64,000 bases of DNA from Candidatus Sumerlaeia bacterium (lineage in GTDB: Bacteria; Sumerlaeota; Sumerlaeia; SLMS01; JANRJK01), in contig JANRJK010000043.1 in NCBI GenBank assembly GCA_033764015.1, positions 1 to 64,000 on the forward strand, read 5' to 3'. The notes beneath the pieces are model-generated. The model was not told the DNA's origin and made no database searches. It saw nothing but the letters and a program-made list of their open reading frames with translations. Within the stretch, counting starts at the first letter, position 1. The number at the start of each line of letters is the position of its first letter. The position numbers and the translations under genes are program-made. Of this stretch, positions 1-9,006 are shown one piece after another.

Positions 1-162
1 GTCCTCCCAGGGGATCCCGGTCTTCAGCACGAAGAGGATGCCCGTCAGGCACGCGCGGTCGGGCACCCGCGGCCTGCCGCCCGGGCCCCGGCGGGGTGGG
101 GGCGGCGGCAGGAGCGGCGCGATGCGATCCCACAGGGCGTCTGGGAGAAGCGGCTTGGCCAT
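1..162 (-). CDS. IS5-family transposase, N-terminal part (truncated by window edge)
   Basis: Hand translation, not in ORF track: MAKPLLPDALWDRIAPLLPPPPPRRGPGGRPRVPDRACLTGILFVLKTGIPWED. It has the W..I.PLLP, GRPR and TG.PW hallmarks of the DUF4096/IS5 N-domain. Confidence 0.88.
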   Translation of the reverse strand, partial: MAKPLLPDALWDRIAPLLPPPPPRRGPGGRPRVPDRACLTGILFVLKTGIPWED

Positions 163-240
163 CGGCGCGGGTCCCTCCGGGGACCAAGCACCGCTCGCAA
201 TGCACGCTCAACAAGCGCAATGGCGTTCTGTTAGGCGTTC
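1..240 (-). mobile_element. IS5-family insertion sequence, partial (left end and transposase N-terminus; continues beyond window)
   Basis: Minus strand from ATG at 162 encodes an IS5-type transposase N-terminus. Probable terminus GAACGCCTAACAGAAC (240-225, minus) abuts TAA at 241-243, a TWA-type target. Confidence 0.8.
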
Positions 241-275
241 TAACTTCAATGCGGACCGGCCCCGCAGGCGACCGA

Positions 276-1451
276 GTTGGGCATTGACTCGCGTCGGTAA
301 AGTTAGCTTTAACGCTCTGCGGCAAGAAGTAGAACGCGTAGAGTTGGGGATTGACCCGCGTCGGTCAAGTTAGCTTTAATGACCGCCGGTCCCATCCCCA
401 GCCACACACGTTGGGGATTGACCCGCGTCGGTCAAGTTAGCTTTAATCGTTGATCTTGCCACCGCTCGCCGGGAGCGTTGGGGATTGACCCGCGTCGGTC
501 AAGTTAGCTTTAACGAATCGCGGGCAACCCCGACACCACAGAGGTTGGGGATTGACCCGCGTCGGTCAAGTTAGCTTTAAGAAGAAGAGCACCACGGCCA
601 AGGCGCCGACGTTGGGGATTGACCCGCGTCGGTCAAGTTAGCTTTAACCAAGTACCGGCCAATGACGCCCTGCGCCAGTTGGGGATTGACCCGCGTCGGT
701 CAAGTTAGCTTTAATGGCGCTCCCGCCCACCGTGATGGTCACGCGTTGGGGATTGACCCGCGTCGGTCAAGTTAGCTTTAAGATTGTGGGCGTTGTTCCC
801 GCATCGACGCCGTTGGGGATTGACCCGCGTCGGTCAAGTTAGCTTTAATGATTTCGCCATTGACTCGCGGGCCGCTCGGTTGGGGATTGACCCGCGTCGG
901 TCAAGTTAGCTTTAATGTGTTGCTTGCGGGTACTTAATCAAAGGCGTTGGGGATTGACCCGCGTCGGTCAAGTTAGCTTTAAGCTGGCGCCACCACGGCC
1001 CCCCTTACCCTGGTTGGGGATTGACCCGCGTCGGTCAAGTTAGCTTTAAGATCAGGCGGTGACGCAGGCGATCCAGACGGTTGGGGATTGACCCGCGTCG
1101 GTCAAGTTAGCTTTAACCCCAAGTCGACAGCAGCTCGCCCACCTCCGTTGGGGATTGACCCGCGTCGGTCAAGTTAGCTTTAACCCCGACCACAACGCCC
1201 ACGCCGACCACGAGTTGGGGATTGACCCGCGTCGGTCAAGTTAGCTTTAAGATGTCGGACGCCGAAATCTATGGGATTCTGTTGGGGATTGACCCGCGTC
1301 GGTCAAGTTAGCTTTAATTCGGAAACGACAAGGCGGTGACGGTGATCGTTGGGGATTGACCCGCGTCGGTCAAGTTAGCTTTAATTGCTTTTCACGCGCC
1401 CGCTCGTTGGCCTCGTTGGGGATTGACCCGCGTCGGTCAAGTTAGCTTTAA
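276..1451 (+). CRISPR. CRISPR array, 18 repeats (37 nt, GTTGGGGATTGACCCGCGTCGGTCAAGTTAGCTTTAA) and 17 spacers of 30 nt
   Basis: Exact 67-nt period from 276 to 1415; 17 identical repeats plus one with 3 mismatches at 276-312. Strand inferred from complementarity to the + strand anti-repeat at 5935-5968. Confidence 0.98.
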
Positions 1452-1501
1452 GGCATCCGCCGCAACTCGATTCCTTTCAGCAGTCCAACCTCCCGTTGGC
1501 G

Positions 1502-1831
1502 CTAGAAGAACTCGAGCTGCTCGGAAGCTTTCTCCGGCGCCTGCGGGATTTTTCCGTAGAACACCTTCATCCGTTCGAGCTGCCGCTCGGTCACTTGGAG
1601 GATGCGCACCTCGCCGTCGTCCGGCACCGCGGCTTTGATACGGGTCTCGTAAACGCCCGCCTTCTCCTCCGTCAGGTTCGAGCGCAGGTAGACGCTGAAC
1701 TGCATCATGCCGAAGCCGTTCTCGAGCAGGGTCCGGCGGAACTGCGTGTACGCCTTGCGCTCCCGTTTGGTGCGCACCGGCAGGTCGAACATCACGATTG
1801 TCCACACGATTTGGTAGGGGCTGACGGCCAT
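1502..1831 (-). CDS. cas2: CRISPR-associated endonuclease Cas2
   Basis: 109 aa with W.IVMFDLPV, FRR.LL..GF.M.QFSVY and G.VRIL.VT motifs; lies between cas1 and the array. Confidence 0.96.
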   Translation of the reverse strand: MAVSPYQIVWTIVMFDLPVRTKRERKAYTQFRRTLLENGFGMMQFSVYLRSNLTEEKAGVYETRIKAAVPDDGEVRILQVTERQLERMKVFYGKIPQAPEKASEQLEFF

Positions 1832-1873
1832 CGTTGTGCGCGGCGTGCGCGTCTGGTCGGTGCGGGAGCGGCA

Positions 1874-2773
1874 TCAGCGGGCCGGGGCGTCGGCGGGAGC
1901 GGGAATGTCGAGGGTGGCCCCGGTGGAGAGGAGACAGCGGTGGAACGACGCCATGTACCTTTCAAGGGTGTGCACCAGCGGTCCGGAGCCGAGCGTGGTC
2001 CTGAACGGCGAGTGCAGGATACCGAGTAGTTCACGCTTGACATTCTTGTCAATCTCTTCGGCGCCGCCGCGGACCAATTCGCGGACGCGGGCGTCGACCG
2101 CCGGGCGGAAGGGCTCGAGCAGGTCGTCCGCCAGGCAGAAGGCGTTGTAGCGGTTCGAATGCTGCAGGCCGAGGCCCGGGTGGAATCCGGCGGCCACGAT
2201 GGCGCGCGCCACCGCCGCCCGCACCACGGCGTAGCCGTAGTTGAGCATCGGATTCGGGTGCGCGCCGTCCGGGTCGCGGGCGAACTCCGGCACGGCGCGC
2301 CAGACGCCCCAGTACACTTTCGCCGCCTGCGCCTCGTGGTTCGACGTGTCGCCGGACTTCACCTCCGTGGCGAGGCGGCGCAGCCGCGTGGCGGCGGCGG
2401 GGTCCTCGCAAGCGTCCGCCTGCCGGCGGATCTTCTCGCGGACCACCGCCTGCCAGAGACGCTTGCGCGCGGGCGCGGTGGCCTCGATCTGCGCCCGGAA
2501 CCGCTCCGTCTGGATGTGGTGCCCCACCGTCGGGAGCGCCATCCCCGCGGGGAGGTGGTCGCGCCCGCTGAACAGCACCGCCGCCCCGTGCTCGAGCAGG
2601 CGCACCACCGTCACGTGCGAATAGGTCGCCGTCGGCGTGTCCACGATCAGCACGCCGACGTCCTCCGTGGGGATCATGCCGACCTGCTCGCCGCCGCGGA
2701 GCACCTGGATCTGTCCGTGCTTCACGACAAGGGCGGTGTCTTCGCCGGAGACCTCGATGGTGCGCTGTGTCAC
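1874..2773 (-). CDS. cas1: Type II CRISPR-associated endonuclease Cas1
   Basis: EAQAAKVYW, N.MLNYGYAVVR, G..HSN..NAFCLADDLLEPFRP motifs. GTG start at 2773 overlaps the cas9 TGA (GTGA); ORF track start 2785 is an alternative. Confidence 0.96.
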   Translation of the reverse strand: MTQRTIEVSGEDTALVVKHGQIQVLRGGEQVGMIPTEDVGVLIVDTPTATYSHVTVVRLLEHGAAVLFSGRDHLPAGMALPTVGHHIQTERFRAQIEATAPARKRLWQAVVREKIRRQADACEDPAAATRLRRLATEVKSGDTSNHEAQAAKVYWGVWRAVPEFARDPDGAHPNPMLNYGYAVVRAAVARAIVAAGFHPGLGLQHSNRYNAFCLADDLLEPFRPAVDARVRELVRGGAEEIDKNVKRELLGILHSPFRTTLGSGPLVHTLERYMASFHRCLLSTGATLDIPAPADAPAR

Positions 2774-5700
2774 GAGCGGACCCAACCATTCTTCGGACTC
2801 ACGCGCCCGAGGACGTCCACGTGGACTTTGCGGATTGCGAGTGGGAGCGGGAAGCTCACCATCCGAAGCATTTGGGTCTCGAACTTGATGAGACTGGCGA
2901 CATGAGCGCGGCAGACAAGGTACAAGTTGTCTTCCCTGATCGCGGATAGCTGCTGCACCCGATACAGCCGCTCCACGCCGCCCTCACCCTTGTGCATGAC
3001 CATGTCGTTGATCATGAGGCTGAAGAGGAAGGTGGCGTTGGGGTGTTCGGCGTCGGTGCGGCGGACGATCGGTTCGCCGCGGCGGCGGCGCTGGTACGCC
3101 TCGTGGAGCGTGCAGACGCGGACCACGATGCGGCGGCCCTTCCGCGCGTCGGGCACCTCGAAAAAGGTGGCGTGGTGGTTGCCGCCCGACTCGACGAAGC
3201 GGGTCGGGTCCTCCGCCGGAATGGCGATCGGTTTTCCGATCGTCTCCCAGATGCGGACGGTCTTGATCTGCGGGGCGAACTTCCCGGCGGAGCGCACCGG
3301 CATGCGCGGGAAGTCCGGCGCCGGGATTTCCACGCGCTCCTTGTACGGCTTCTTCCGCTCCTCGGCTTGGCGCTCGCGCCAGCGGTCCCGTTCCTCCATC
3401 CAGGCCTTCAACGTGGCGGCGACAACGGGGTCGATCACCCGCTTGAGCTGCGGCTCCGACATCTCTTCGACAGCGACGCGCTGTACGAACTTGCCGGCGA
3501 GCGCGCCATGCTTGATAAGGCCATAGTTGGTGCCCTTGTTGATCTGCCCCGACACCTTATGCTCCGGCGCGAAAGAGACGTTGATCGCATCGATCTGCTT
3601 CTGGGCGTCTTCGCGGATGCGCTCCCACGGCTTGGGAAGGTGGAACCGTTCGCCATCCCCGCGGTCGTAGCGGCGGGCCAGGTTCTGGATGTGGGCCTGC
3701 GTGGTCAGCGCGATGGCGATGGCGTCGACCGCATGGTGCCGGTGGTCCAGGCGGTGCTTCTCCCCGGCGTCGAGCTTTTCGTCCGCCTCCGCCTCGGGGG
3801 GGATCGGGAGCATGCCGTTCAGGCCCCACTCGCGGCGCAGCGTCGCGGTCATCTGCCCGGTGCTGGTGCGGACGTGGTGCTTGGCGCCATCGGGGTAGAG
3901 CTTCTGCAGCGACTCGCGGATCAGGCGGGCGGCGTAACTGGTATCGGTCAATTGGCGCGCCTTGAACTTGTCCACCTTTTCCTGGAGAGCTTCGCCGCGG
4001 AGGCTGAAGAGTGCGACCTTGTTGAAACGCATCTTGGTGTGGCGCACGCGCGTCATGATTTCCTCGAAGCGGCGTGGATTGTCGCCGTAGGCCTCGAAGG
4101 GCGTGCGGTTCTTCTTCACCGCGCGGTTCTCGGTGTGCAGGCAGAGCGTCTTGTTGAGGAAGCTGTCGTCGAAGCAACGCGAATAGGGGATGATGTGCTC
4201 GATGTCGAACCGCGGCGCGTCGCCGAAGAGCAGGTCGAAGGTGATGCGCTCGCCGGTGTAGGGGCAGACGGCGGACTCGGGACCGCCAAGCTCGACCCAG
4301 AGGCGGTACTTCACGAAGTCGCCGCCGCGCGGTTCGGGATAGCCGCGGTCTCGGAACGCTTTGCGGATCGCCTCGCGCTCCCGCTCGTTGTCGCGGATGC
4401 GCTTCATGTCCTCGTTGCGCTTGTCGACGCTCCCCTTCGTCTCGCGCGCCATCTCGATGACGACTTCCGCGGGCTTGCCGTACTCGCGGATCAGTTCGTT
4501 CACCACCTTGCGGGTTTCCGCCATGGTGCGCAGCACCACCGGGTTGCGCACCTCCTCCGGGTCGGCGGGCGGAACAAGGTCCACGCACTCGGGAGCGGCC
4601 GCCTCGCCGTAAACCGCGCGGCGCGCCTCGTAGAGGTCCATCCCCCGCTGGAGGTGCGGCAGCAGCTTGCGGAGCGCCTTCAGGGAGTACGCCGCGTAAC
4701 CGTCCGGCGCCGGGAGACCCTTTAGTTTAGTTATCTCCACTGCGGAGATGTTCCACTCGGTCTCCGCCCGGCGGTCGAACTCCGCGTCTTCAAGCTCGTT
4801 GAAGCACGGCCACACGCAGTGCCGGAGCAGGTCGGCGTCCTTCTCCCAGCGCTTCTTGAATATCTTCCGCAGGCCTGCCTCCACGGCGTGCCCCCGCAGG
4901 CTGTCGCGGTGGACCGACTCGAGGTTCACCCGGTCCTGCTCCGCCATACCGAGCGCCTTGCGAAGTTGGTCGAACGTGAGCTTGTCGCGCGTATGCAGTT
5001 CTTCTTCGAGCTGCTTCTTCTCGTCATCTCGAAGCATCCGCTCCGACCGAAGTTTGCTGTCGTAAACCCGGAGGTTCGCCACCTCCTGCTGGATGCGGAC
5101 TTCCTCGACGAACCAGTCCCACTTCGGCGCGCGGCGCTCGCCCGGCTCCAGCGGGCATTTGCCGATCTTGCCCGACATGGCGCGCAGGGGCCGCTGGTGG
5201 AAGATGGCGAGTTCCAACCGCGCCAGTGCCGCATCATCCAGCGGCAACGTGCCGAACGAGCGCTGCACCGCGCAGATCAGCCCGAACTCCTCCCGGACCT
5301 GGTCGCGGTGCAGGTAGCGGCCGCGGCGGCGCTCGTCGAGCGGGTGGAGCGTCGCGAGGTACTCGCCGACTGTGCGGCATCCCGCCGCCGAAACGTATTC
5401 CTTTAGCTTCTCGATGCCCTCCTGCACCTTTCCCGAATCGCTGCTCTTGCGGTCGGCCCTGCGGTTCGACCGGAAGCCGCGCCGTTTGCCGGCGTGGTAC
5501 AACGCACGCCCCAGCTCGCCGGGGGGAAGCGCCTCCGAGAGGGCGCGCGCCCGCAGCGTGTACGGGTCCAGTTCCTGGAGGCGTTTGCGCTCCGCTGGAT
5601 CGGTTGGGAGCAGTCCCGCCACAGCCAAGAGCCGTGCGATCGTGCGCCGCCGCCCGTGCCGCCGGGCGAGTTGGCGGCGCATTTGCCGCGCCCCTCGCCG

Positions 5701-5919
5701 CTCTTCGTTCTTCGAGTGCTCGTTGCCTTGCTTGTCCTTGTTCGTGCCTGCAGGAAAGATGCGAACGCCGCAATCCACCAACGGGTCCGGGGCGGCTTCA
5801 TCCACCAGGACCACGGCCCAGCCAAGAGAATCGCTGCCTGCATCGAGTCCGAGCCGCCACGGCCCGATGTTGCGGCGTGGGGTGGGATTGCCTCCGGAGT
5901 TGACTTCGGAACGGTCCAT
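2770..5919 (-). CDS. cas9: Type II-C Cas9, ~1049 aa
   Basis: RuvC-I LGLDAGSDSLGWAV, Arg-rich bridge helix, RuvC-II IEMARE, HNH DIEHIIPYS...N..L....N, RuvC-III HRHHAVDA. ATG at 5919 has GAGGAG upstream. No csn2 or cas4 in the locus. Confidence 0.97.
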   Translation of the reverse strand: MDRSEVNSGGNPTPRRNIGPWRLGLDAGSDSLGWAVVLVDEAAPDPLVDCGVRIFPAGTNKDKQGNEHSKNEERRGARQMRRQLARRHGRRRTIARLLAVAGLLPTDPAERKRLQELDPYTLRARALSEALPPGELGRALYHAGKRRGFRSNRRADRKSSDSGKVQEGIEKLKEYVSAAGCRTVGEYLATLHPLDERRRGRYLHRDQVREEFGLICAVQRSFGTLPLDDAALARLELAIFHQRPLRAMSGKIGKCPLEPGERRAPKWDWFVEEVRIQQEVANLRVYDSKLRSERMLRDDEKKQLEEELHTRDKLTFDQLRKALGMAEQDRVNLESVHRDSLRGHAVEAGLRKIFKKRWEKDADLLRHCVWPCFNELEDAEFDRRAETEWNISAVEITKLKGLPAPDGYAAYSLKALRKLLPHLQRGMDLYEARRAVYGEAAAPECVDLVPPADPEEVRNPVVLRTMAETRKVVNELIREYGKPAEVVIEMARETKGSVDKRNEDMKRIRDNEREREAIRKAFRDRGYPEPRGGDFVKYRLWVELGGPESAVCPYTGERITFDLLFGDAPRFDIEHIIPYSRCFDDSFLNKTLCLHTENRAVKKNRTPFEAYGDNPRRFEEIMTRVRHTKMRFNKVALFSLRGEALQEKVDKFKARQLTDTSYAARLIRESLQKLYPDGAKHHVRTSTGQMTATLRREWGLNGMLPIPPEAEADEKLDAGEKHRLDHRHHAVDAIAIALTTQAHIQNLARRYDRGDGERFHLPKPWERIREDAQKQIDAINVSFAPEHKVSGQINKGTNYGLIKHGALAGKFVQRVAVEEMSEPQLKRVIDPVVAATLKAWMEERDRWRERQAEERKKPYKERVEIPAPDFPRMPVRSAGKFAPQIKTVRIWETIGKPIAIPAEDPTRFVESGGNHHATFFEVPDARKGRRIVVRVCTLHEAYQRRRRGEPIVRRTDAEHPNATFLFSLMINDMVMHKGEGGVERLYRVQQLSAIREDNLYLVCRAHVASLIKFETQMLRMVSFPLPLAIRKVHVDVLGRVSPKNGWVRS

Positions 5920-5934
5920 TGCTCTCTTCTCCTC

Positions 5935-6055
5935 GCTAACTTGATCGACGCGGGCTCTTTTCCCGAACAAGATCCTTAAATGGACGCTTGACTTAGGTTA
6001 AGCCGCGAAAGGCTCTAATCCCCGCCCCCGCAAGGGAGGCGGGGATTAACCTTTT
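5935..6055 (+). ncRNA. tracrRNA (predicted)
   Basis: GCTAACTTGATCGACGCGGG (5935-5954) is the reverse complement of repeat nt 13-32 with one G-U. It is followed by CTCTTTTCCCGAAC (lower stem), a nexus-like TCC..GGA stem, hairpin GCTTGAC-TTAG-GTTAAGC and a terminator hairpin. 5' end approximate. Confidence 0.88.
6016..6055 (+). terminator. Intrinsic terminator / 3' hairpin of tracrRNA
   Basis: TAATCCCCGCC-CCC-GCAA-GGG-A-GGCGGGGATTA stem-loop followed by ACCTTTT. Confidence 0.75.
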
Positions 6056-6133
6056 CCGGGCAGCGGATTGGCCTGAACCGTGACGGGAACTCCGCGACGT
6101 TTCAAGCGAATCCGGCCGCGCCCGCGGCAGCAC

Positions 6134-7267
6134 CTACCCCCCCGCCAGCACCGCCCGGTAGACCGCGTCGATGCGTGTTGCCATAACCGCGACGTCGAAC
6201 TCCGCGCGGGCGCGGCGGTGGGCGGCTTCGCTCATGGCGAAGCGGCGATGCTGGTCGCCGAGCAGGTCCGCGACCGCCTTCGCGAGCGCCTCCGGGTCGG
6301 CCTTGGGCACCACGCGCCCCGTCACGCCGTCCTGGTTCACCCATGGAACTCCCGTCGGCAGGTCGCAGCAGACCACCGGCGTGCCGCAGGCGAGCGCCTC
6401 GATCTGCGACAGGCCGTAGGCTTCGCTCGGCAGGTGCGACGGCAGCACGAACAGGTCCGCCGCCTGCAGGTGCGCCACCACGTCTTCGTCGGAAAGCGTC
6501 CCGAGGAAATGCACACGGTCCGCGACGCCGAGCTCCGCCGCGAGGCGTCCGAGCGGTTCGCGCTCCGGGCCGTCGCCGATCACGAGTAACTGCACCTTGG
6601 GCAGCCGCGGCAAGGCGGCGACGGCGAACTGGAGACCCTTGTAGTAGCGCAGCCGCCCGACGAAGCAGAGCAGCGGCATCCCCTTGTGCGCCCGCTTGAT
6701 CTCGCGGACCCGGGCCGCCGTCTCGGCGGTGCGCGCGAATGGCTCGAGCGGCATCCCGAGCGGCACCGGCTCGCAGCGGTCCCGCAGCGGCGCCAGGAAC
6801 GGCGAGGCGTCGATCAGCCTCGGCGACGTGGGCATGATCCGGTCGCAGCGGCGCAGGAACGCCCGCAGCAGCGGCGCGTACGCCGCCATGGCCCAGCGCT
6901 GACGCACGACGTCGCTGTGATACGTCGCCACCAGGCGCCCCTTCGGACGCGATAGCAGCCACGACACGTCGCCGGTCGGGTTCGGAATGTGGAAGTGCCA
7001 CAGGTCCGCCTCGAGGCGGCGCATCGCCGCGGGGAAGCCGGGCGAGAGCGGCGCGGAGAACGCGCGCCCCCACTCCGCCACTTCGACGATGCGGATCGCG
7101 CCTTCGAGCCGTTCCCGCGACACGCGCGCGCGCGAGTTCACCAGCACCGTGATGTCGTAGCGGTCCGCCAGCGCGTTCGCCATCCAGTGGATGCTCCGCT
7201 CGATGCCGCCGACCACCGGGGGCCAGTAGTCCTTGTAGACGTGGACGACGCGGGGGCGCTGCGGCAC
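6134..7267 (-). CDS. Glycosyltransferase family 4 (GT-B)
   Basis: RVVHVYKDY.P..GGIE N-terminus, VGRL..YKGL and EAYGLSQIEA (E-x7-E). GTG at 7267 has GGAG upstream; ORF track extends to 7342. Confidence 0.9.
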   Translation of the reverse strand: MPQRPRVVHVYKDYWPPVVGGIERSIHWMANALADRYDITVLVNSRARVSRERLEGAIRIVEVAEWGRAFSAPLSPGFPAAMRRLEADLWHFHIPNPTGDVSWLLSRPKGRLVATYHSDVVRQRWAMAAYAPLLRAFLRRCDRIMPTSPRLIDASPFLAPLRDRCEPVPLGMPLEPFARTAETAARVREIKRAHKGMPLLCFVGRLRYYKGLQFAVAALPRLPKVQLLVIGDGPEREPLGRLAAELGVADRVHFLGTLSDEDVVAHLQAADLFVLPSHLPSEAYGLSQIEALACGTPVVCCDLPTGVPWVNQDGVTGRVVPKADPEALAKAVADLLGDQHRRFAMSEAAHRRARAEFDVAVMATRIDAVYRAVLAGG

Positions 7268-7519
7268 GGAGGTCTCCAGCGGGAGGTGGCGGACGCGGCG
7301 GCGCCCGGAACGATTGCGCGCGAGCGCCCCGCACACGCTCAACGGCTAAGCGCGGGCGCGCGCTAAACCCCTTCACCAAGCGGGCGCGAATTCGGATAAA
7401 GAGTTTCCACGATTCCGCCGGTACCTTGACCGCGTGGCGGAGCGCCGCAACGCTCGCGCTTTCCGCAGGATGGCGCGCGCGAACGCGCCGAGGACTTCAC
7501 GATTCCGGAAGGAATGGCT

Positions 7520-8920
7520 ATGGGTCAGGTGTTCGGAGTGCCCGCGCGCGCGGGCAAGGTGGTGGCGGCGCTTGGCGCGCTGCTCGGTGGTGCCGCGTCG
7601 GCCGCGGCGCAGGACGGGGCGCCGACCGTCGAGGAACTTGCGGCGAAGGTCGCCGCCGCGCAAATGGCGGGCGACAACGCGTGGGTGATGACGTCCTCCG
7701 CGGTGGTCCTGATGATGACGCTTCCCGGGCTGCTGCTCTTCTACGGCGGCCTCGTCCGGACCAAGAATATCCTCAGCGTCGCGATGCAGTGCTTCGCCCT
7801 CGCCGGAATGGTGAGCGTCCTTTGGGCGCTGTTCGGCTACAGCTTCGCTTTCTCGGAAGGCTCCCCGTTCATCGGCGGGACGGACTACCTCTTCCTCCGC
7901 GGCGTCGGCGGCGACCCCGCGCCGTTCCTCTCGGCGATCCCGCACCAGACCTTCATGGTCTTCCAGCTCATGTTCGCGATCATCACGCCGGCGCTCATCG
8001 TCGGCGCCTTCGCCGAGCGCTTCCGCTTCAAGGCGATGCTCCCGTTCATGGCGCTCTGGAGCACGTTCGTCTACCTCCCGCTCGCGCACATGGTGTGGGG
8101 CAGCGGCGGCTTCCTGAACGCGTTCGCGCAGCTCGACTTCCACATCCCGGCGCTCGACTTCGCGGGCGGCACGGTGGTGCACATCAGCTCCGGCGTGTCG
8201 GCCCTCGTGTGCGCGCTATACGTGGGCAAGCGGCGCGGCTATCCCGCCGCGGCGTTCACCCCGCACAGCCTCGTGATGACGACCATCGGCGCGGGGCTGC
8301 TCTGGGTCGGCTGGTTCGGCTTCAACGCCGGGAGCGCCCTCGGCGCGAACGCGCTGGCCGCCAACGCCTTCGCCGCGACTCACTTCTCCGCCGCCGCCGC
8401 CGCGATGTCCTGGATGGCGATGGAGTGGGTCACACGCGGCAAGCCGAGCCTCCTCGGCACGGTCTCCGGCGCCGTCGCCGGACTCGTCGCGGTCACCCCC
8501 GCGGCCGGCTTCGTCACGCCGATGTCGGGCCTGCTGATCGGGCTGCTCGCCGGCGTCGTCTGCTGGTTCGCCTGCGTGAAGATGAAGGCCAAGTTCGGCT
8601 ACGACGACGCGCTCGACGTCTTCGGCGTCCACGGCGTCGGCGGCATCCTCGGCGCGATCCTGACCGGCGTCTTCGCCACCAGTTCCGTGCAGGACGTCTT
8701 CGGCGGCACGCCGGTCGGCCTCCTGGAAGGCAACGCGAAGCAGCTCTTCTACCAGATCGCCGCGGTCGGCGTGACGGCGGTGCTCGCGATCGCGGGCACG
8801 CTCGTGTTCCTCACCGTGGTCGACAAGACCATCGGCATCCGGCCCTCGGAAGAGGACGAAGGCACCGGCTTGGACCTCGTCGACCATGGCGAGGCCGGCT
8901 ACCACATGACGGCGGACTGA
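7520..8920 (+). CDS. amtB: Ammonium transporter AmtB
   Basis: DFAGGTVVHISSG, WVGWFGFNAGS and DDALDVFGVHG motifs (twin His intact), signal-like N-terminus. AAGGA precedes ATG 7520 (7514 is an alternative). Confidence 0.96.
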   Translation: MGQVFGVPARAGKVVAALGALLGGAASAAAQDGAPTVEELAAKVAAAQMAGDNAWVMTSSAVVLMMTLPGLLLFYGGLVRTKNILSVAMQCFALAGMVSVLWALFGYSFAFSEGSPFIGGTDYLFLRGVGGDPAPFLSAIPHQTFMVFQLMFAIITPALIVGAFAERFRFKAMLPFMALWSTFVYLPLAHMVWGSGGFLNAFAQLDFHIPALDFAGGTVVHISSGVSALVCALYVGKRRGYPAAAFTPHSLVMTTIGAGLLWVGWFGFNAGSALGANALAANAFAATHFSAAAAAMSWMAMEWVTRGKPSLLGTVSGAVAGLVAVTPAAGFVTPMSGLLIGLLAGVVCWFACVKMKAKFGYDDALDVFGVHGVGGILGAILTGVFATSSVQDVFGGTPVGLLEGNAKQLFYQIAAVGVTAVLAIAGTLVFLTVVDKTIGIRPSEEDEGTGLDLVDHGEAGYHMTAD

Positions 8921-8931
8921 TCCCGCACGCC

Positions 8932-9006
8932 CCGCGCGCGCAGCACCGCCGGACGGTGTTGCGCGCGCGGCGGCCCCCGTCGAAGCTCTTGTGTCAGCTT
9001 CGACGG
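8932..9006. repeat. Two tandem inverted repeats (hairpins) between amtB and the next gene
   Basis: CCGCGCGCGCAGCACCG/CGGTGTTGCGCGCGCGG (8932-8970) and CCGTCGAAGCT/AGCTTCGACGG (8977-9006); no U-tract. Confidence 0.6.

Noticed and set aside
581..610. Spacer 5 matches 12312-12327 (minus strand, DUF4912 gene) at 15/16 nt: possible self-targeting
   Set aside because: The match covers only the PAM-distal half, lies in low-complexity Lys/Ala codons, and the seed half does not match.
849..878. Spacer 9 shares CATTGACTCGCG with the degenerate repeat; spacer pairs 12/16 and 8/14 share 11-mers
   Set aside because: Matches of 11-12 nt do not extend and are compatible with chance in GC-rich DNA.
6056..7267. 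GT4 gene next to cas9 as a possible CRISPR accessory gene
   Set aside because: Ordinary glycosyltransferase, separated from cas9 by the tracrRNA and its hairpins; no evidence of a functional link.
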